Below are positions 47,560 through 61,070 of a stretch of DNA of 64,000 bases, piece after piece. The notes under the pieces are model-generated. The model was given only the letters and a program-made list of their open reading frames with translations, was not told where the DNA came from and did not search any database. The stretch lies in NCBI GenBank assembly GCA_030265395.1, contig JARFYF010000071.1, positions 4,451,138 to 4,515,137 on the forward strand, in the 5' to 3' direction. The position numbers were made by a program, and so were the translations under genes. Numbering within the stretch: position 1 is the first letter of the stretch; the number at the start of each line of letters is the position of its first letter. This DNA is from Rhina ancylostomus (Eukaryota).

Positions 47560-47975
47560 GGTCAATTATGAGGAGGTATGGTTTAAAAGCAGAGGGGTTA
47601 AAAGGGAAGGTGAACAAAATGTTTCCACCTTGAGGGTTTCTGGAACTCACTGCCTGAGAGGGTGGTGGAAGCAGAAACCTTCATCACAAGCAGAAAGTAT
47701 CTGGATGAGCCCTTGCCATGCTATAATCTACATGGTGATAGACTAAGAGCTGGGATGTGATATTTAATCCCAGTANNNNNNNNNNNNNNNNNNNNNNNNN
47801 NNNNNNNNNNNNNNNNNNNNNNNNNNNNNNNNNNNNNNNNNNNNNNNNNNNNNNNNNNNNNNNNNNNNNNNNNNNGGGATGTGATATTTAATCCCAGTAG
47901 CTCTTTGGGGATGGTCTCAGTATAATGGACAGAAAGACCTCCATCTGTGCCATAAATATCTATGATTCTATCTTG
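47560..47975 (+). mobile_element. CR1 3' end fragment in the PROKR intron
   Basis: tggaactcactgcctgagagggtggtggaagcaga...atggacagaaagacctccatctgtgccataaatatctatgattcta. Confidence 0.7.
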
Positions 47976-48844
47976 CCCCAGTGACCTTTCTTTAGAAGTT
48001 CTAATTTATTATCAACAGCAAGAGGTTACAGATGATTTTCCCTTCTCACATAGGCATCAAGGTCCATCTCATGTCACAACCTATCAGATTAATACCTCAC
48101 TAAGTGGGCACTAGCTGACGTCTGAAGGATACCAGAGTATGGCCTTCTAAGTGTGTCAAGGTGTCCTGTGAGAGCTTCATCAGGGGAAATATTCACACCA
48201 TGTCACAGGGAATATTGGGGCAGGTGAAACCAATGCCTGATCATTGAAGTGATTTTATAGCAGCAGTTTGAGGGAGGAGTGTCAGAGATGGTTACAGATG
48301 GCCCTTAATGATGTGATGACAAAAATTAGATGCATTAGAGGCTAAAAGTGGATTGATGTAGAATTCTTCAAGGGTTGTGAGGTCACTGGAGTGGATTGAG
48401 TGGCCACAGAGAGATGTGAACATGAGGATGAGAATTTTAAGTTTTGGCAGTTTAGAATGTGGATGAAGGGAGAACCGAGCTGCAAGTCGAGTTATAAGAG
48501 GACCGTATTAACTGACTTTAGTTTACGAAGGATGAAGATGGGAGGCCACACAGGAACCTTACTGGAATATCGACTGACGGACAGATGAGGGTTTCAGGAT
48601 AGAGGATGTGGCCGATGATGTGGAGCTGGAAGTCACCAGCTTTACTGATGGAGAGGACATGCAATTGGAAGCTCAGTTCAGGGCCAACAGACATCATGTT
48701 TGTGAACGATCTGGTTCAGCTTCATGTGCACTGGTAGGGGAGAGGGATGGAATCAAGAGGCTGAGGCACAAAGTTAGGTGGGGGATGGGGTGGAGTAAGA
48801 TCATACAAAAAGACCCAACTGCAATAAATGGGAAAAGTTCTCAC

Positions 48845-49296
48845 CTGTCAACTGCTATGACCAAGAGAGCGTTGGTGGAGACATAGAGGGAGACCATTCG
48901 GAGATAGTTCACAGAGGAGCAAAGCACCTGTCCGAAGTTCCAGGACAGCTCCCTGACCACATAATAATCCATCTCAAAAGGACAGCACACAATGGCCACG
49001 ATGAAGTCCGAAATGGCCAAATTGACGATGAGAAGATTGGTGATGTTCCTCAGGTTCTTGTACCTGGCCAGGGTGACGATGAAGAGGAAGTTGCCAACGC
49101 CGCAGACCAACATGATGCAGACCAGCACAATGCCAATCACGACCCTGACCTGGTAGGTCTTGATGGCATCTTCCTCCCCTCTTATATCAGGAGATGTCAC
49201 ATACTGGTCATACTCACAACTCTCATTCCAGGAGATGATGGCATCTGCCAAACTCAGATCAAGGTAACGCGAGAGGTTGGCACAGTGATCCACCAT
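48845..49296 (-). CDS. PROKR: Prokineticin receptor-like GPCR, coding exon 1 (N-terminus to TM3)
   Basis: gccATGg Kozak at 49296; [68 protein letters not shown]; donor AG|gtgaga. The intron within DRY is also found in mammalian PROKR1/2. Confidence 0.93.
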
Positions 49297-51584
49297 GGCC
49301 AAGTCTCCACAGTTCACCAAACTCGCCCTCTTGTGTTTTCTGGAATTTTCTCTTCTGGTATTAACTCAATGTTTCTGCATACACAATGTTGGATGAAATT
49401 TTTTAAAGGTTAGAATGCTAATGTTCTGTATGAAAATCTGTATGAAATACAGATTTCTAATCTGTATGAAAAAAAGTCTTTAAATTTTTCAGTTTGTTAC
49501 AGTCTTGATCATTGAAGCAGATCGTGCAGTTGTCTGTAGTTTCAAAAGGCTGCTTCAGTCTAATGACGGAGCAGCCACAGTAACCTGGGGCAAGTGTGGC
49601 AGCTTCACACCAGGTTTGTGATGAGTTACTGACCTCTGCCCAGTGGAGTGGGAGGAGAGTGCTCAACTGTTCACCTTCCTTGGCGGGGGAGGGAAAGGAA
49701 AAGGTTTATTGGTTAGTAGCTTTGCTTCTCCCTGCATCTGTAGCTGATGTATCGTAGGGTGTGTACTGCATGTACCCTTTGAAGCTTGTGGCATGTGGAT
49801 CTGTCTGCACATATTGCAACACTATTTAGGGAAAAACTTCCTGAAGGTTTGTCTCAATCTCTTCCCTCATATCTGTCCCCGTCTCACTCTCTGTCCTGCC
49901 CCCTCTTCCCCTGCCTCTCCCCTTTGCCCTGCTCCCCTCCCTGAAGCGACCTCCATGCATCTCAGAGGTTGTGTACAGCGAGGAACATTTTCTCTGCTCC
50001 TTTGTTTATTAATGAAGCATTTTGTCAGCAATAACACACCAGATATCCATGTGAATCTGAGAGAACGATGCGGTACAGTCCTGCTGTTGTCCTTCCACTT
50101 CAAGCCCTTCCTTGTTTCTCTCCCCTCTCCCCACTCTCTCGCCATCTCTCTTCTTTCCAGTCCTTCTCCCACACCTTTACCATTTGTCACTTCACCTGCT
50201 CCAGCTCTGTCGCACCTCCTATGCACAGCTCTCACCATCTGCTCCCCAACTTCCATCCTCTCTTCCCCTACACAAAGCTCTCACTCTCTCCACCATTCAG
50301 CTCCCTCGCGATTGTTTTGTATTCCCTCCCATCCCAGCTCCGTCTTTCCTCCCACAGCCCCACCTCTCAGCTCCAGTCAACCCTTCCTCCCCACCACCCT
50401 CGCTCTCACCCCCTCTGCTTTCAACTGTCTGTGTTGAATGTGGACCTCCAAAGCCAGAGATACAAGTACATTTATTAAGGAATGTCAGATGGCACCTGAA
50501 CCATGATGGAGGAATGCACGCTCCAGCATTAGTTGAGGAAGGTGAAGCTGCCTGCAGTAGAATAGCCTCGAATCACATATTGCTGCAGTTCATTCTTTAG
50601 TACTTGGTCATTATTGGTCTGTGATTGTACCCCAACTTGGAGTACAATGAGCTGTGAGAATTTACTGGAAACAGCCAGTGACACCAATTCTTGCATCAAT
50701 GGTCTCATTTATTGATGAGCAGTGGTCCTTGTTCCTCTGCTAAAGCTAAATTCACTGCTTAGAACAAAATCCTGAGCATTTTGGAAGGTAAATATTTTGG
50801 GGGTAAACAATAGCATACACTGGCCTTGTGTAAGTAGGACGTGACCTCCATGTCTCCAGACAGCTTTCTTGCTTTGCTGTTCTCCTGGATAAGCTCTGTA
50901 TGTTTCTCGGTAACATGTTTCTCCTGTAATTTGCTGGTACACTGACCTCCTCATGGCCAGAAAGTGAATATCCAGCTGCTGGGTAGAATTGAGTTTGCAA
51001 CAGGCAGCCTGATTGGGGAGTGGAGGGGAACTGTAACCTATACTTGGCACCTACCCACCTGATGTTGGTTAGCCAAGGAAATCCTGAAGCAATGCCCAAT
51101 CCCTCACCATCGCTCTCTCCTGACAAGATCTCCATCCTCTGACAGTACTTCTGATGATACCTGCGCCCATTCCCCCTCTCTGCTGCCCCGTTCTCCCTGG
51201 AATAATAATCTGATTTCTGCTCAGCGTAAGCCTGTAAATTATTTGTTGAAATAACATTGGTGTGTTTGACAATGCTAATTTCTCCAGGAGACATAAACTC
51301 TGAACAGAAATGAATATTTCTAAGCACAGATTGTTGGAGGTATCTCCTGAGCATTCTTGTTACTGCACTGGTGGGTCATAGGTGCTTCTCCATACAGATC
51401 AGACCAGGGAAAATGCATCTCTTCCTAGTGTGGCATACATCCACCTTAATAATGCTTTAAGGAAAGAATGCAGCTATATATGTGATAATATGGTAAATTT
51501 CTTGAGTTACTGAATCATGGAAGTTAAGTGGAGGCCATTCAGTCCCTTGTGCCTGTGCTGTGTCTTGGAAGGAACTCTCCAATT

Positions 51585-52830
51585 AGTCATACGGCTGGGA
51601 AACAGGCCGCGCGGCCCAACCAAGATGCCCATCTAAATTACTTCCACTTGCCCACATTTGCCCCATATCCCTCCAAACCTTTCCTGTCCATGTACCTGTC
51701 CAAGTGCTTTTTAAATAATGTTCATGTAGGGCTCTGGTACCAATGGGGCAGGTTAACGGAGAGACTGTAACAACCTTGTTACGTTGTGGTTATATAAGTT
51801 GTCGGCGAGGCCACACTTGGAGTACTGTGGACAGTTTTGGTCGCCCTGTTTGTAGGAGGGAGGTGGTAAGACTGGAGGGAGTGCAGGGGGATTCGCGGGG
51901 ACGTTGCCGGGACTGGAGGGCCTGAGTTGTGGGGAGGGGTTTGGCTGGGCTGGGTCTTTGTTCCTTGGAGTGTGGGAGGGTGGGGGGTGAATTTTTGGAG
52001 GTGTTTGGGGTTATGAGAGGCATGGATAAGGTGGACATTGACAGTCTTTCCCCCAGGGTAGGGGAGTCTGGGACCAGGGGGCATGGATTTGGGGTGAGAG
52101 GGGAAAGATTTATTGCCTGGGACCTGAGTGGCAACCTTTTCACACAGAGGGTGGTGAATGTCTGGAAATGAGCTGCTGGGGGAAGTGGTTCAGGTGGGTA
52201 TAACGGTATAATTTGGGAAGCACTTTGATAGGTACATGGAGGGGTGGGGCTCAGAGGCATATGNNNNNNNNNNNNNNNNNNNNNNNNNNNNNNNNNNNNN
52301 NNNNNNNNNNNNNNNNNNNNNNNNNNNNNNNNNNNNNNNNNNNNNNNNNNNNNNNNNNNNNNNGGGTATAACGGTCTAATTTGCGAAGCACTTTGATAGG
52401 TACATGGAGGGGTGGGGCTCAGAGGCATATGGGACGAATGCGGGACATTGCATCTAACTGGGTTGGCACCGTGACCGGCATGGACTGGTTGGGCCAAAGG
52501 GCTTGTATCTGTGCTGCAATGCTTTATGGCTCTGTGGCTTCCACCACTTCCTCTGGCAGTTTGTTCCACATGTGTACCACCCTCTGGGTGAAAATGTAGC
52601 CTCTCGGGTTCCTATTAAATCTCTCCCCTTGCATGTTAAACCTATGTCCTCTAGTTCTTGATTCCCCAACCCTGGGAAAAAGATTGTGCACATTCACCCG
52701 ATTGATGCCCCTCATGATTTTACAGCCTCTGTAAGGTGACCGCTCAGTCCCCAACACTCCAAGGAGTAAAGTCCTAGCCTGCCCCATCTCTCCCTATAAC
52801 TCAGGCCCTTGAGTCCTGGCAACATCCTCG
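51585..52830. mobile_element. Cluster of CR1 3' fragments in both orientations
   Basis: + strand: VMRGMDKVDIDSLSPRVGESGTRGHGFGVRGE...NLFTQRVVNVWK. - strand: KIMRGINRVNVHNLFPRVGESRTRGHRF...FTQRVVHMWNKLP. Confidence 0.88.
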
Positions 52831-54869
52831 TACCTACTACCCTGATTCATTCCCCAAAGCCCTGTGGATCTTTTCCCTCTCAACTACTTATTTAATTTTT
52901 GTTTAGTACTACTGAAGTCTGCTTTAAGTTCCAGATCACAACCAGCATCATCACTTTTCCCCCCTTCATCTCCCCTCTGGTTCTTTTGCCACTCCCTTCA
53001 GTCTGGTTACTGACCCTCCTGCCACCAAAAGCACAATTTATTCATTGAGGGTGTGGCTGTGGCTGCAAATGCTGGCCACATATTGTCCATCCTGATCACC
53101 CTGAACTGAGGAGGCAGGTAAAAGTCAACCTTGTATGCCTGACTGGGTAAGGACATCACATTTCTATTCCTGAAATGCATTAGTGAAACGGCAAGGTTTT
53201 GTTAATCTGGAAGTATCAAGGTTACTATGGCTGAGGCTAGTGTTATTTCCAGATTTATTCAGTACCTTGAATTCCCCAGTTGCCGTGGTGGGATCTGATC
53301 ACATCTCTGTGGACCAGTGGACATCAGCAAAGCTAGTCCATATAGTTCAATCTGTTGGAGTCGTACTTCTGTCAAGGTTCCCCCTGTGAGTTTGCTCAGA
53401 TACAGCTCCACAGTTGTTACATACGTACAAGTTAGCAACAGTTGGCCACTCAGCCCTTCAAACCTGTTCTCCCATTTAATAAAACAAGGGCTGATCTGAT
53501 TTGAACCTCACCCCCCACATTCCTGGCTACCTGTGTGTCAGCCCCTCGCTGATCAAATGTCCAGATCCGTAACAAGTGCGCTGTTGCCTGTGACTGGGCG
53601 TCCCACTAAACCACACAGACCAACTGGTCACTGGTGGACCCGAGTTCCCTTCTGCTGCTGTCTGGCTGATCAGGACACCACCCTGATGGCAAATTGATGA
53701 TCAGGAGTCATTGCAGTTGTTTGAATTTGACAACCCTGCCCAAACCAAGTCCCTCCAAGGATGAAAATCAAGCTGCGACATCACAACATTCAGGAATCAC
53801 ACGAGGCCACCTGATATTTTCATTACTCATACACACTTTCTGTATTTATTCAAACAAAGGTGTCTTCTATTTTCTGGATGGCTTCTTAAAAACCTATCGA
53901 GACTACTGACCTGGTCATTAATTCTTGCCTCTCCTCCACCAAGAAGTTGTTCTGCCCCTCGAGGCAACGAAGGAAAACTTTGTCCCAGATGTTAGGAAAG
54001 ACTGGATTTGGGACTAGCTCAGTGACAGCCCCTGAACAGTNNNNNNNNNNNNNNNNNNNNNNNNNNNNNNNNNNNNNNNNNNNNNNNNNNNNNNNNNNNG
54101 ACTGTTTTTAAATTCATGCAGCGTGTTTGGAATTACCCGTGTGACAAACCTTTATAAATCAGCAGCATAAAATGAAGTAGCTTTATTGCCGTCTCTTTCT
54201 TCCTCCTGTGTCTTGTATATAACAAGCAAGTTCATTATTCAATTGCTTCTGAATAGCCCATGAACACGCCTCGCAGACTTGTGTTTCCCACAAAGGTTTG
54301 GTAATGAAATGCTTTCTCTTTTGTCATTACATGTTTCGGAGGTGACATCCAGTGAAAATTGTCACTGTGCTGGTGTTCCTCTCCTGTGTGTTAGAATTTG
54401 TTGAAATTGTCTATTTTCCTGCTGACGGAATCCTCTCCCATTGTCTCTCAGTCCCTGTTCCAGAGATGTCGCTCGCTGTCACTGCCTTTGTCGCTCAGTC
54501 ACTCACTGAGCTGGTGTGACTGCCTGGTGCCCTTCTTCGGGAGGAGCTGATTCACCAATCAGAATGTCGTCTTAAAGGAGAAGGCCCATTTTTGAATTAA
54601 AGGTAACACTAAGAACTCACGAACCATGGCTTGTAGTGTAAGGAAACACGGACAATTCCCTGGGGTAGGGGAATGATGCGGCTTCCAGTGTTGACGTGAA
54701 GCACCAAAAAGGTTTGGGGGGGCCNNNNNNNNNNNNNNNNNNNNNNNNNNNNNNNNNNNNNNNNNNNNNNNNNNNNNNNNNNNNNNNNNNNNNNNNNNNN
54801 NNNNNNNNNNNNNNNNNNNNNNNNNNNNNNNNNNNNNNNNNNNNNNNNNNNNNNNNNNNNNNNNNNNNN

Positions 54870-55143
54870 GTTCAGGAATAGCTACTTCCCTTCAACCATT
54901 CGGTTCTTAAACCAACAGACACAACCCTAATCACTGCAGTTCTGCAACACTGTGGCCATTTTGATTACTTTGCACTAAAATGGACTTTTTTTTATTCTAA
55001 TAGTGTATTTTTGTTATAAAAGTTGTTTAATTTATGTTTTTCTTGTGAATGCTGCTAATATGATGCTATGTGCCTGTGATGCTGCTGCAAGTAAGTTTTT
55101 TCATTGCACTTGTGCACATGACAATAAACTCAATTTTAACTTT
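54870..55143 (+). mobile_element. Rex1/Babar-type 3' end (copy 2)
   Basis: FRNSYFPSTIRFLN followed by the same 3'UTR as 38596-38865. Confidence 0.72.
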
Positions 55144-57639
55144 GAAAATCAAAGTAAATGGCAAGGAGTGCAGGTTGTTACCAAAGCTGGATTTAGGAAA
55201 CAGGAAAGGTGAGCAATAAGGTGAGGGCCAGCAGAAGGTAGGGAAGACTGAGGGAGGAAAGACATTCCACAGTGGAATGTGCTGAACAATATTTCAACAC
55301 AGGTTGCAAAGGTGAAGGGGTGTGGGTGGGTGTGTGTGAGACCAGGATATCCGGAACTTGAAAGCAGTTCAGGCAAACACCAAGCACAGCAGTTTTCGGG
55401 AAGATAATGAGTTGAAAGCTCGAAAGAAGGAACAGTTGCCAGGTCTCCTGTGCGGTATGACTGTGCAGCACAGAGGGATCAGCCTCGACAGTACAGGCTG
55501 CGATCCATTGCACTTTGCTCCAGATGACCTTAAAGCGGAAGTTCTGCTTTCTGGCAACTTGGAGTTTGACAATGTTCCCAAGTTTGATGGATTTATGTTT
55601 TCCATGGGAGAAGTGTGTGCTCCCACAGCAGTCTCGAGGGGATAATTAAAGCATTTTAATCGCAGTGATGAGGTTTTGGGTCTGTTTGGGAATATAGTGG
55701 CTTCCGATACTTGATTACAATTAGCCCTGCTAACTCGAATCTGAGACTTTTTGGTAATTAATGTTGACCTGTTTTTGTTTATTTGCCCTCGGCATATTGA
55801 AATTCAGCTCTTGTGCGTGGTTTTACTCTAATTGAACCCTCGGCTATTTCTATCCCCTGCGATATTTTCAAGCTTCTTTCCCTACCTCTCCCCCTCCCCC
55901 CCTCNNNNNNNNNNNNNNNNNNNNNNNNNNNNNNNNNNNNNNNNNNNNNNNNNNNNNNNNNNNNNNNNNNNNNNNNNNNNNNNNNNNNNNNNNNNNNNNN
56001 NNNNTCTCCCCCTCCCCCCATTAAATCCTCACTCACAACTCTGTCCCCCATTAACCCCGTCCCCCACCCCCAATCCATTTAATTATCTCCTCAGCTGTGT
56101 CATCAGGATCCACTCAGCCAGACCTCAGACCAATTGTTTTCCCATTTTAAAACAAAACCTCCTCACTTGCCACCTCTGGCCCTGTAAACCAATTTTTAAT
56201 TTCTTGTAATCATTTAAAAATTCTTCCCCGTCTTCCCTCTCCAGATTTGTTTTAAATAGTGAGAACCTGGGTACAGAGGAATCTGCATATGCCCATTGAG
56301 AAGGCACGGGGTGAATGGGTCAGTACAGCAAGGACAGAACCTGGCCTTTATCACAAGAGGGTGAAATATAAAAGGTTTGGTGGAAAATTGTGATTTTGAA
56401 GTCTCATGTGAAATACTCTGCAGTTTTGTTCTCCACAACCAAGGAAAGGGTATACTGGCCTTGGTTCTGAGATGGACAATGTGGAAAGGCTACTTCCTCA
56501 GGCTGGGGAGTCTAGGCCACATGTACTCGTATTCCTCACGTTGCAGAAAGAGGTCATTTGGCCCATCAAGTCTATGCCAGTTATCAGGGCACTTTCATCA
56601 ATCCCGTGCCCAGATTTTCCCGTTGCCTATTCCCTCTCATGTGGCCAAGGATTCCCCTGATTCTCCCACCACTCACCAGCGAGGGTGGTGGAGGCAAGTC
56701 TTCTCGCAATATTGAATTATCCAGATCAACACTCGAATGGCAAAGGCAACGAAATGCTGATGAGTAGGGTCAGTACAGATGATGACTTGATTGTCAACGT
56801 GGATGTGGTGGGCCAAAGGCTGTGGGACTTCATGACCAGCACGGGAGAGAATTCACAGTTGTCTATGAACCTGCCAACCAGCATGGGAGAAAATAGCAGG
56901 AGCAAACGTATACTGTCTCAGAGAGGATGTGTTCATAAACTGCACTGGAGGTCAGGATCAAACCTGAGTTGCTGGATTTGTGAACCAACAAGCCTCCTTC
57001 CTGAGCCACCATGNNNNNNNNNNNNNNNNNNNNNNNNNNNNNNNNNNNNNNAGAATTGTTTGGGCATTTCTTTACACGTAAGGTTGCACATTGTTGGAAT
57101 TTTGCAGCTTGGAGAACCATGGATGTTCTGATATTCAAGGCTAAGACTGATAAATATTTGGGCGTTAAATGCTTGGGGGGGGGCGAGTGGGGGCAGTAGT
57201 GGTTGGGGATATGGATGAGCCATGCAATCAACCATAATCTTACTGAATGGGCGGGCATGAGAGATGATGTGGCCTACTCCTCATTTCTCTTGTGTTCTGT
57301 CCCAGCTTGTGCCATCTGACTCCTGCATGAAAACTTCAGTGCTCAGGGCATTCAGTAAGGGAATGATTCAATTTTAAACATTTATTTATATACTTTAAGT
57401 GCTAGGTTTTTTAAAAAAAAAGTGTCCCATTTCTATCAGACTAGAGAGTTTTTGTAGATCACTGTGGGGGAGATGGGTTTCAAATCATGGTACATTGGGA
57501 ACAATAGTGGGGAAGCAGGAGCTGTTCTGACTCACTTGAATTGGGTTGGGACCAGTGTCCTAGTGAACCAAATAACTGGAGCTGCAGATAAGGCTTTAAA
57601 CTAAATCGTGGCCAGGTGGGGGCAGGATTAGGGAGTTCA

Positions 57640-58400
57640 GGTGAGAGGAAATTCAGAGGGTTGAGGAGAAAGGCCAAAGTGATAGCACAGGAAAGCAAAA
57701 TGAGTAACGATAACCCCTGTCTGTCTGGAAGGGACAGAGCATACAGACATAATAGTACACATGGAATTGGAGTCCAGGCAGGGAGAAGTGATAAAATTGA
57801 AAGCTCTTTATCTGAATGCATGAGCAGTCATAATAAAGTAAAATAATTACTGACATAAAGAGAAATAAATGGGTACAGTCTAATGATTGTTACAGAGATG
57901 TGACTCGTTGCAAACTAGATATTACAGAAAATGTATGCGAAGTGGAAAAGGTGGAGTGGTAGGCAGCTGTGATAATAAAAGACTGGACAAAGGTCAGAGA
58001 GAAAATGGATCCCAGTTCAGAAAATCAACAAGTAGAAACAGTTTGGGTGGAACTAATAAAGAGCAAGGGACAGAATTCCTTGGGTCCCCAAGCAATACTG
58101 GGAACGTAGGATATTGCAAAAAGAAGGAAATTAGAGCCACACTTTACAACCGAATAATAATTGGCCTTCATTGCAAAAGGATCTGAGCTCAAGAGTAAAG
58201 ATGTCCTGCTGGAATATGCTGTCCTGTTCTGGTTTCTCTACCAAAGAAAGTTCTTGAGATTAAGTCATGAGAAGGGGTTCTAGAATAGAGGTATAATAGA
58301 GATTAGGCTCAGGTGATCTCATTGAAATGTTCCTACAGGTGGGTATAGGAATGATGTTTTCCTCTGTTGGGTGTCTCGAACCAGGGATTGCGACCAAAAA
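57640..58400 (+). mobile_element. Internally deleted CR1 LINE (APE endonuclease start joined to the ORF2 3' end)
   Basis: ttgaaagctctttatctgaatgca...aataaagta...gttacagagatgtg (LKALYLNA.S..NK...VTExW-like) is followed within about 350 nt by ttggccttcattgcaaaagg and other tail motifs. Confidence 0.7.
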
Positions 58401-60689
58401 GTAGATCAGCCATTCAGGGTAGANNNNNNNNNNNNNNNNNNNNNNNNNNNNNNNNNNNNNNNNNNNNNNNNNNNNNNNNNNNNNNNNNNNNNNNNNNNNN
58501 NNNNNNNNNNNNNNNNNNNNNNNNNNNNNNNNNNNNNNNNNNNNNNNNNNNNNNNNNNNNNNNNNNNNNNNNNNNNNNNNNNNNNNNNNNNNNNNNNNNN
58601 NNNNNNNNNNNNNNNNNNNNNNNNNNNNNNNNNNNNNNNNNNNNNNNNNNNNNNNNNNNNNNNNNNNNNNNNNNNNNNNNNNNNNNNNNNNNNNNNNNNN
58701 NNNNNNNNNNNNNNNNNNNNNNNNNNNNNNNNNNNNNNNNNNNNNTGAGTCTTTGGATGTTTTTCTGTGTTTAATGTTTCATCTGAGCAATGGCACCTTC
58801 TTCAGTAATTCATTGGGGTACCAATCTGGAGCATGTGCTAAAACTTTCAACCATATGACTGATTTAGCCTGGTGATATTAAATCCTGTAGGTCTGCAATG
58901 GACAATGCCTGGCCAATCATACCAATTTGATGCCATAGTTACTGGCCTCTGTCCATAGTGCAAAAGCCATTAACCCAATATCCTTGAATCACTTGAAATT
59001 GCAAAACTTTTTTAAAAATCACCAATCCTGTAAACAAGTTTCTGAGATTAGACACTGCTTTATTCCCAAAGCCACTATGCTTTGAAAGTAAAGGGCCAGG
59101 GTCTCAGTATAAAATATTCCTTGGTAAACTTCATTGTAAATCTGCCTTTGTTATCTTTGGAGCTCAATAACCCTATCTTCCTGTTGGCTTCAATAAATTT
59201 ATTCAAATGCTTATCTAGATCCCTTGAATATCTCACTGACTGACTTCAGTAGGCCCTTGTACAATGGACTTTATTCTGTCTCTTCCTGTATTGTAGAAGG
59301 TATTCCTTGTCTCTTTATAGTTTAGGACCAAAATATGAATTTATGGCTTCATTCTTACCAATTCAGTGTAATCTACCCCTCGAAATTTTGAATTCTAATA
59401 CTTTCTGATTCTTTACATTAATGAAGAGATCCTGGGAACTGTAAGTCTGCCATTGTTACTGTGTCTTCATTATTTGCTTTTGTGTTTTGTACATAAAACT
59501 TAGAATCCCCTTTTCTCCATTCTGATTGTTTGCTCCTTCTGTTCACCACAGCTCTGCATTGGATAGAATTCAAGGAGAGAATCAATGGTCCTCAGCTTGG
59601 CGAGAGAACATGGAAAAAGAGTCTTGGATGTTGCAAATCAGAGATGTAAATTGATGCTTTAATCATTGGTGAATGAAGTAGACAGCATTAGATTCGTTTG
59701 TTATTGAGTAATGTACGCCTGAGTGAATTCCATCATGCTCTGTACTTCCTTCATACTGATGCATACCCATATTTGATATACACAGTTAGTGCATAAAAGT
59801 CTTCATCTAAGATGTAATGTCTGGGTTCAGCTGTGAATTAGTGAAATTTCAGGCCGATTCATTAAATGTAGACGATGCTTGACAATTCTAAAAGAGGGGA
59901 ATATAAAGCAAAGCAATGAATTGAGCGAGGGCCTGTTTTCGAAGCTGGAGAAACAAGTAAACAACTCTTGTTACAATTCAGGTGGAAATCTAAAGGGCTT
60001 CCTTTTGGATGGGATGCTGAACCTCAGCCCTGTCGCCTCTTGAGTGCAAATAGAAGATTCACTGTTCAAAGAGCTTGTGAAGCAGCAATACTAAAATGTA
60101 TCACTTCTATCCAATATATCTCCATTTTGTTTTCCCTCAAAGTGCCTGATTAGCTGGAAAGAGTTTGTGATGTATCAAGGCTGTGAAAGGCATGGCATGT
60201 TTTGTTCATTTGCATGAGAAGGAAGGAATTGATGATCACTGGTAAGGTGCAGTGAATGGGTTAATAAGCAAGGAGAGTTTTGACAGTCTGTTTTTTTGCT
60301 TNNNNNNNNNNNNNNNNNNNNNNNNNNNNNNNNNNNNNNNNNNNNNNNNNNNNNNNNNNNNNNNNNNNNNNNNNNNNNNNNNNNNNNNNNNNNNNNNNNN
60401 NGGGTACATAAGCAAGGAGAGTTTTGACAGGCTGTTTTTTTGCTTCTCGGTGGTGTCCATCGGCTGAAGAATGAAGCACACCTTGTAACTTTTCTCTCAC
60501 GAATGGTGACAGTAGATTGACGTGACCTACTTGAGAAAGGAGCAGAGGCATTGGACTCATGGGGAATCGTATATTGTCAAGAAAGCAGAAGACATCTGGG
60601 TGGATGGAGTCTGAATGAGAGAGAATGGATTCAAAATGAAAACAGGTGACACCCAGAAATTACAACACTCTCAAATTTTACACAACTCG

Positions 60690-61070
60690 TGTCACTAGGC
60701 TGATTCCTGGGCTGAGGTTAAGAATGGTCAATGCTCACTGAGGGTGATCTTGTTGAAACAGTCGAGCATCAGCAGAGGATTGATAGTGGGATGCTGTTTC
60801 CATTGGCTGGAGAATTTAGAGCTGTGGAGGCCATTTAGGACCAATTGAGAGGTTTCTTTATTCATAGGCTGTGAAAGTTTGTCTATCACAGAGCTCAACC
60901 ATTCAGAATATGGAAGGATAAGATTGATTGATTTTGGAAACTGAGGGAAATGAAAGGATCTGGGTATTGGTTTGGGCTTGCTGGTAATAGAGGGGATGAG
61001 GAACACAATCACTGAATAGTGGAATGGCCTTGGAGCCATTTGGACTATTCCCTGCATATTTTTGTTCACG
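60690..61070 (+). mobile_element. Decayed CR1 3' fragment
   Basis: tcactaggctgattcctggg...tgagggtgatcttgttgaaac...ctgaatagtggaatggccttgga. Confidence 0.6.

Noticed and set aside
47752-47898. Direct repeats flanking N-gaps (also at about 6656/6787, 24904/25023, 52196/52364 and 60265/60408)
   Set aside because: Sequence duplicated on both sides of 100-N gaps is most simply explained as unmerged contig overlap, an assembly artefact.
49793-50600. 214-aa, 162-aa and 136-aa ORFs
   Set aside because: A C/T-rich low-complexity tract lacks stops by composition; the translations are S/P/L-rich without domain features.
50752-51354. 200-aa minus-strand ORF upstream of the receptor
   Set aside because: No recognisable homology or phase-consistent splicing to the receptor CDS, so coding status is unsupported.
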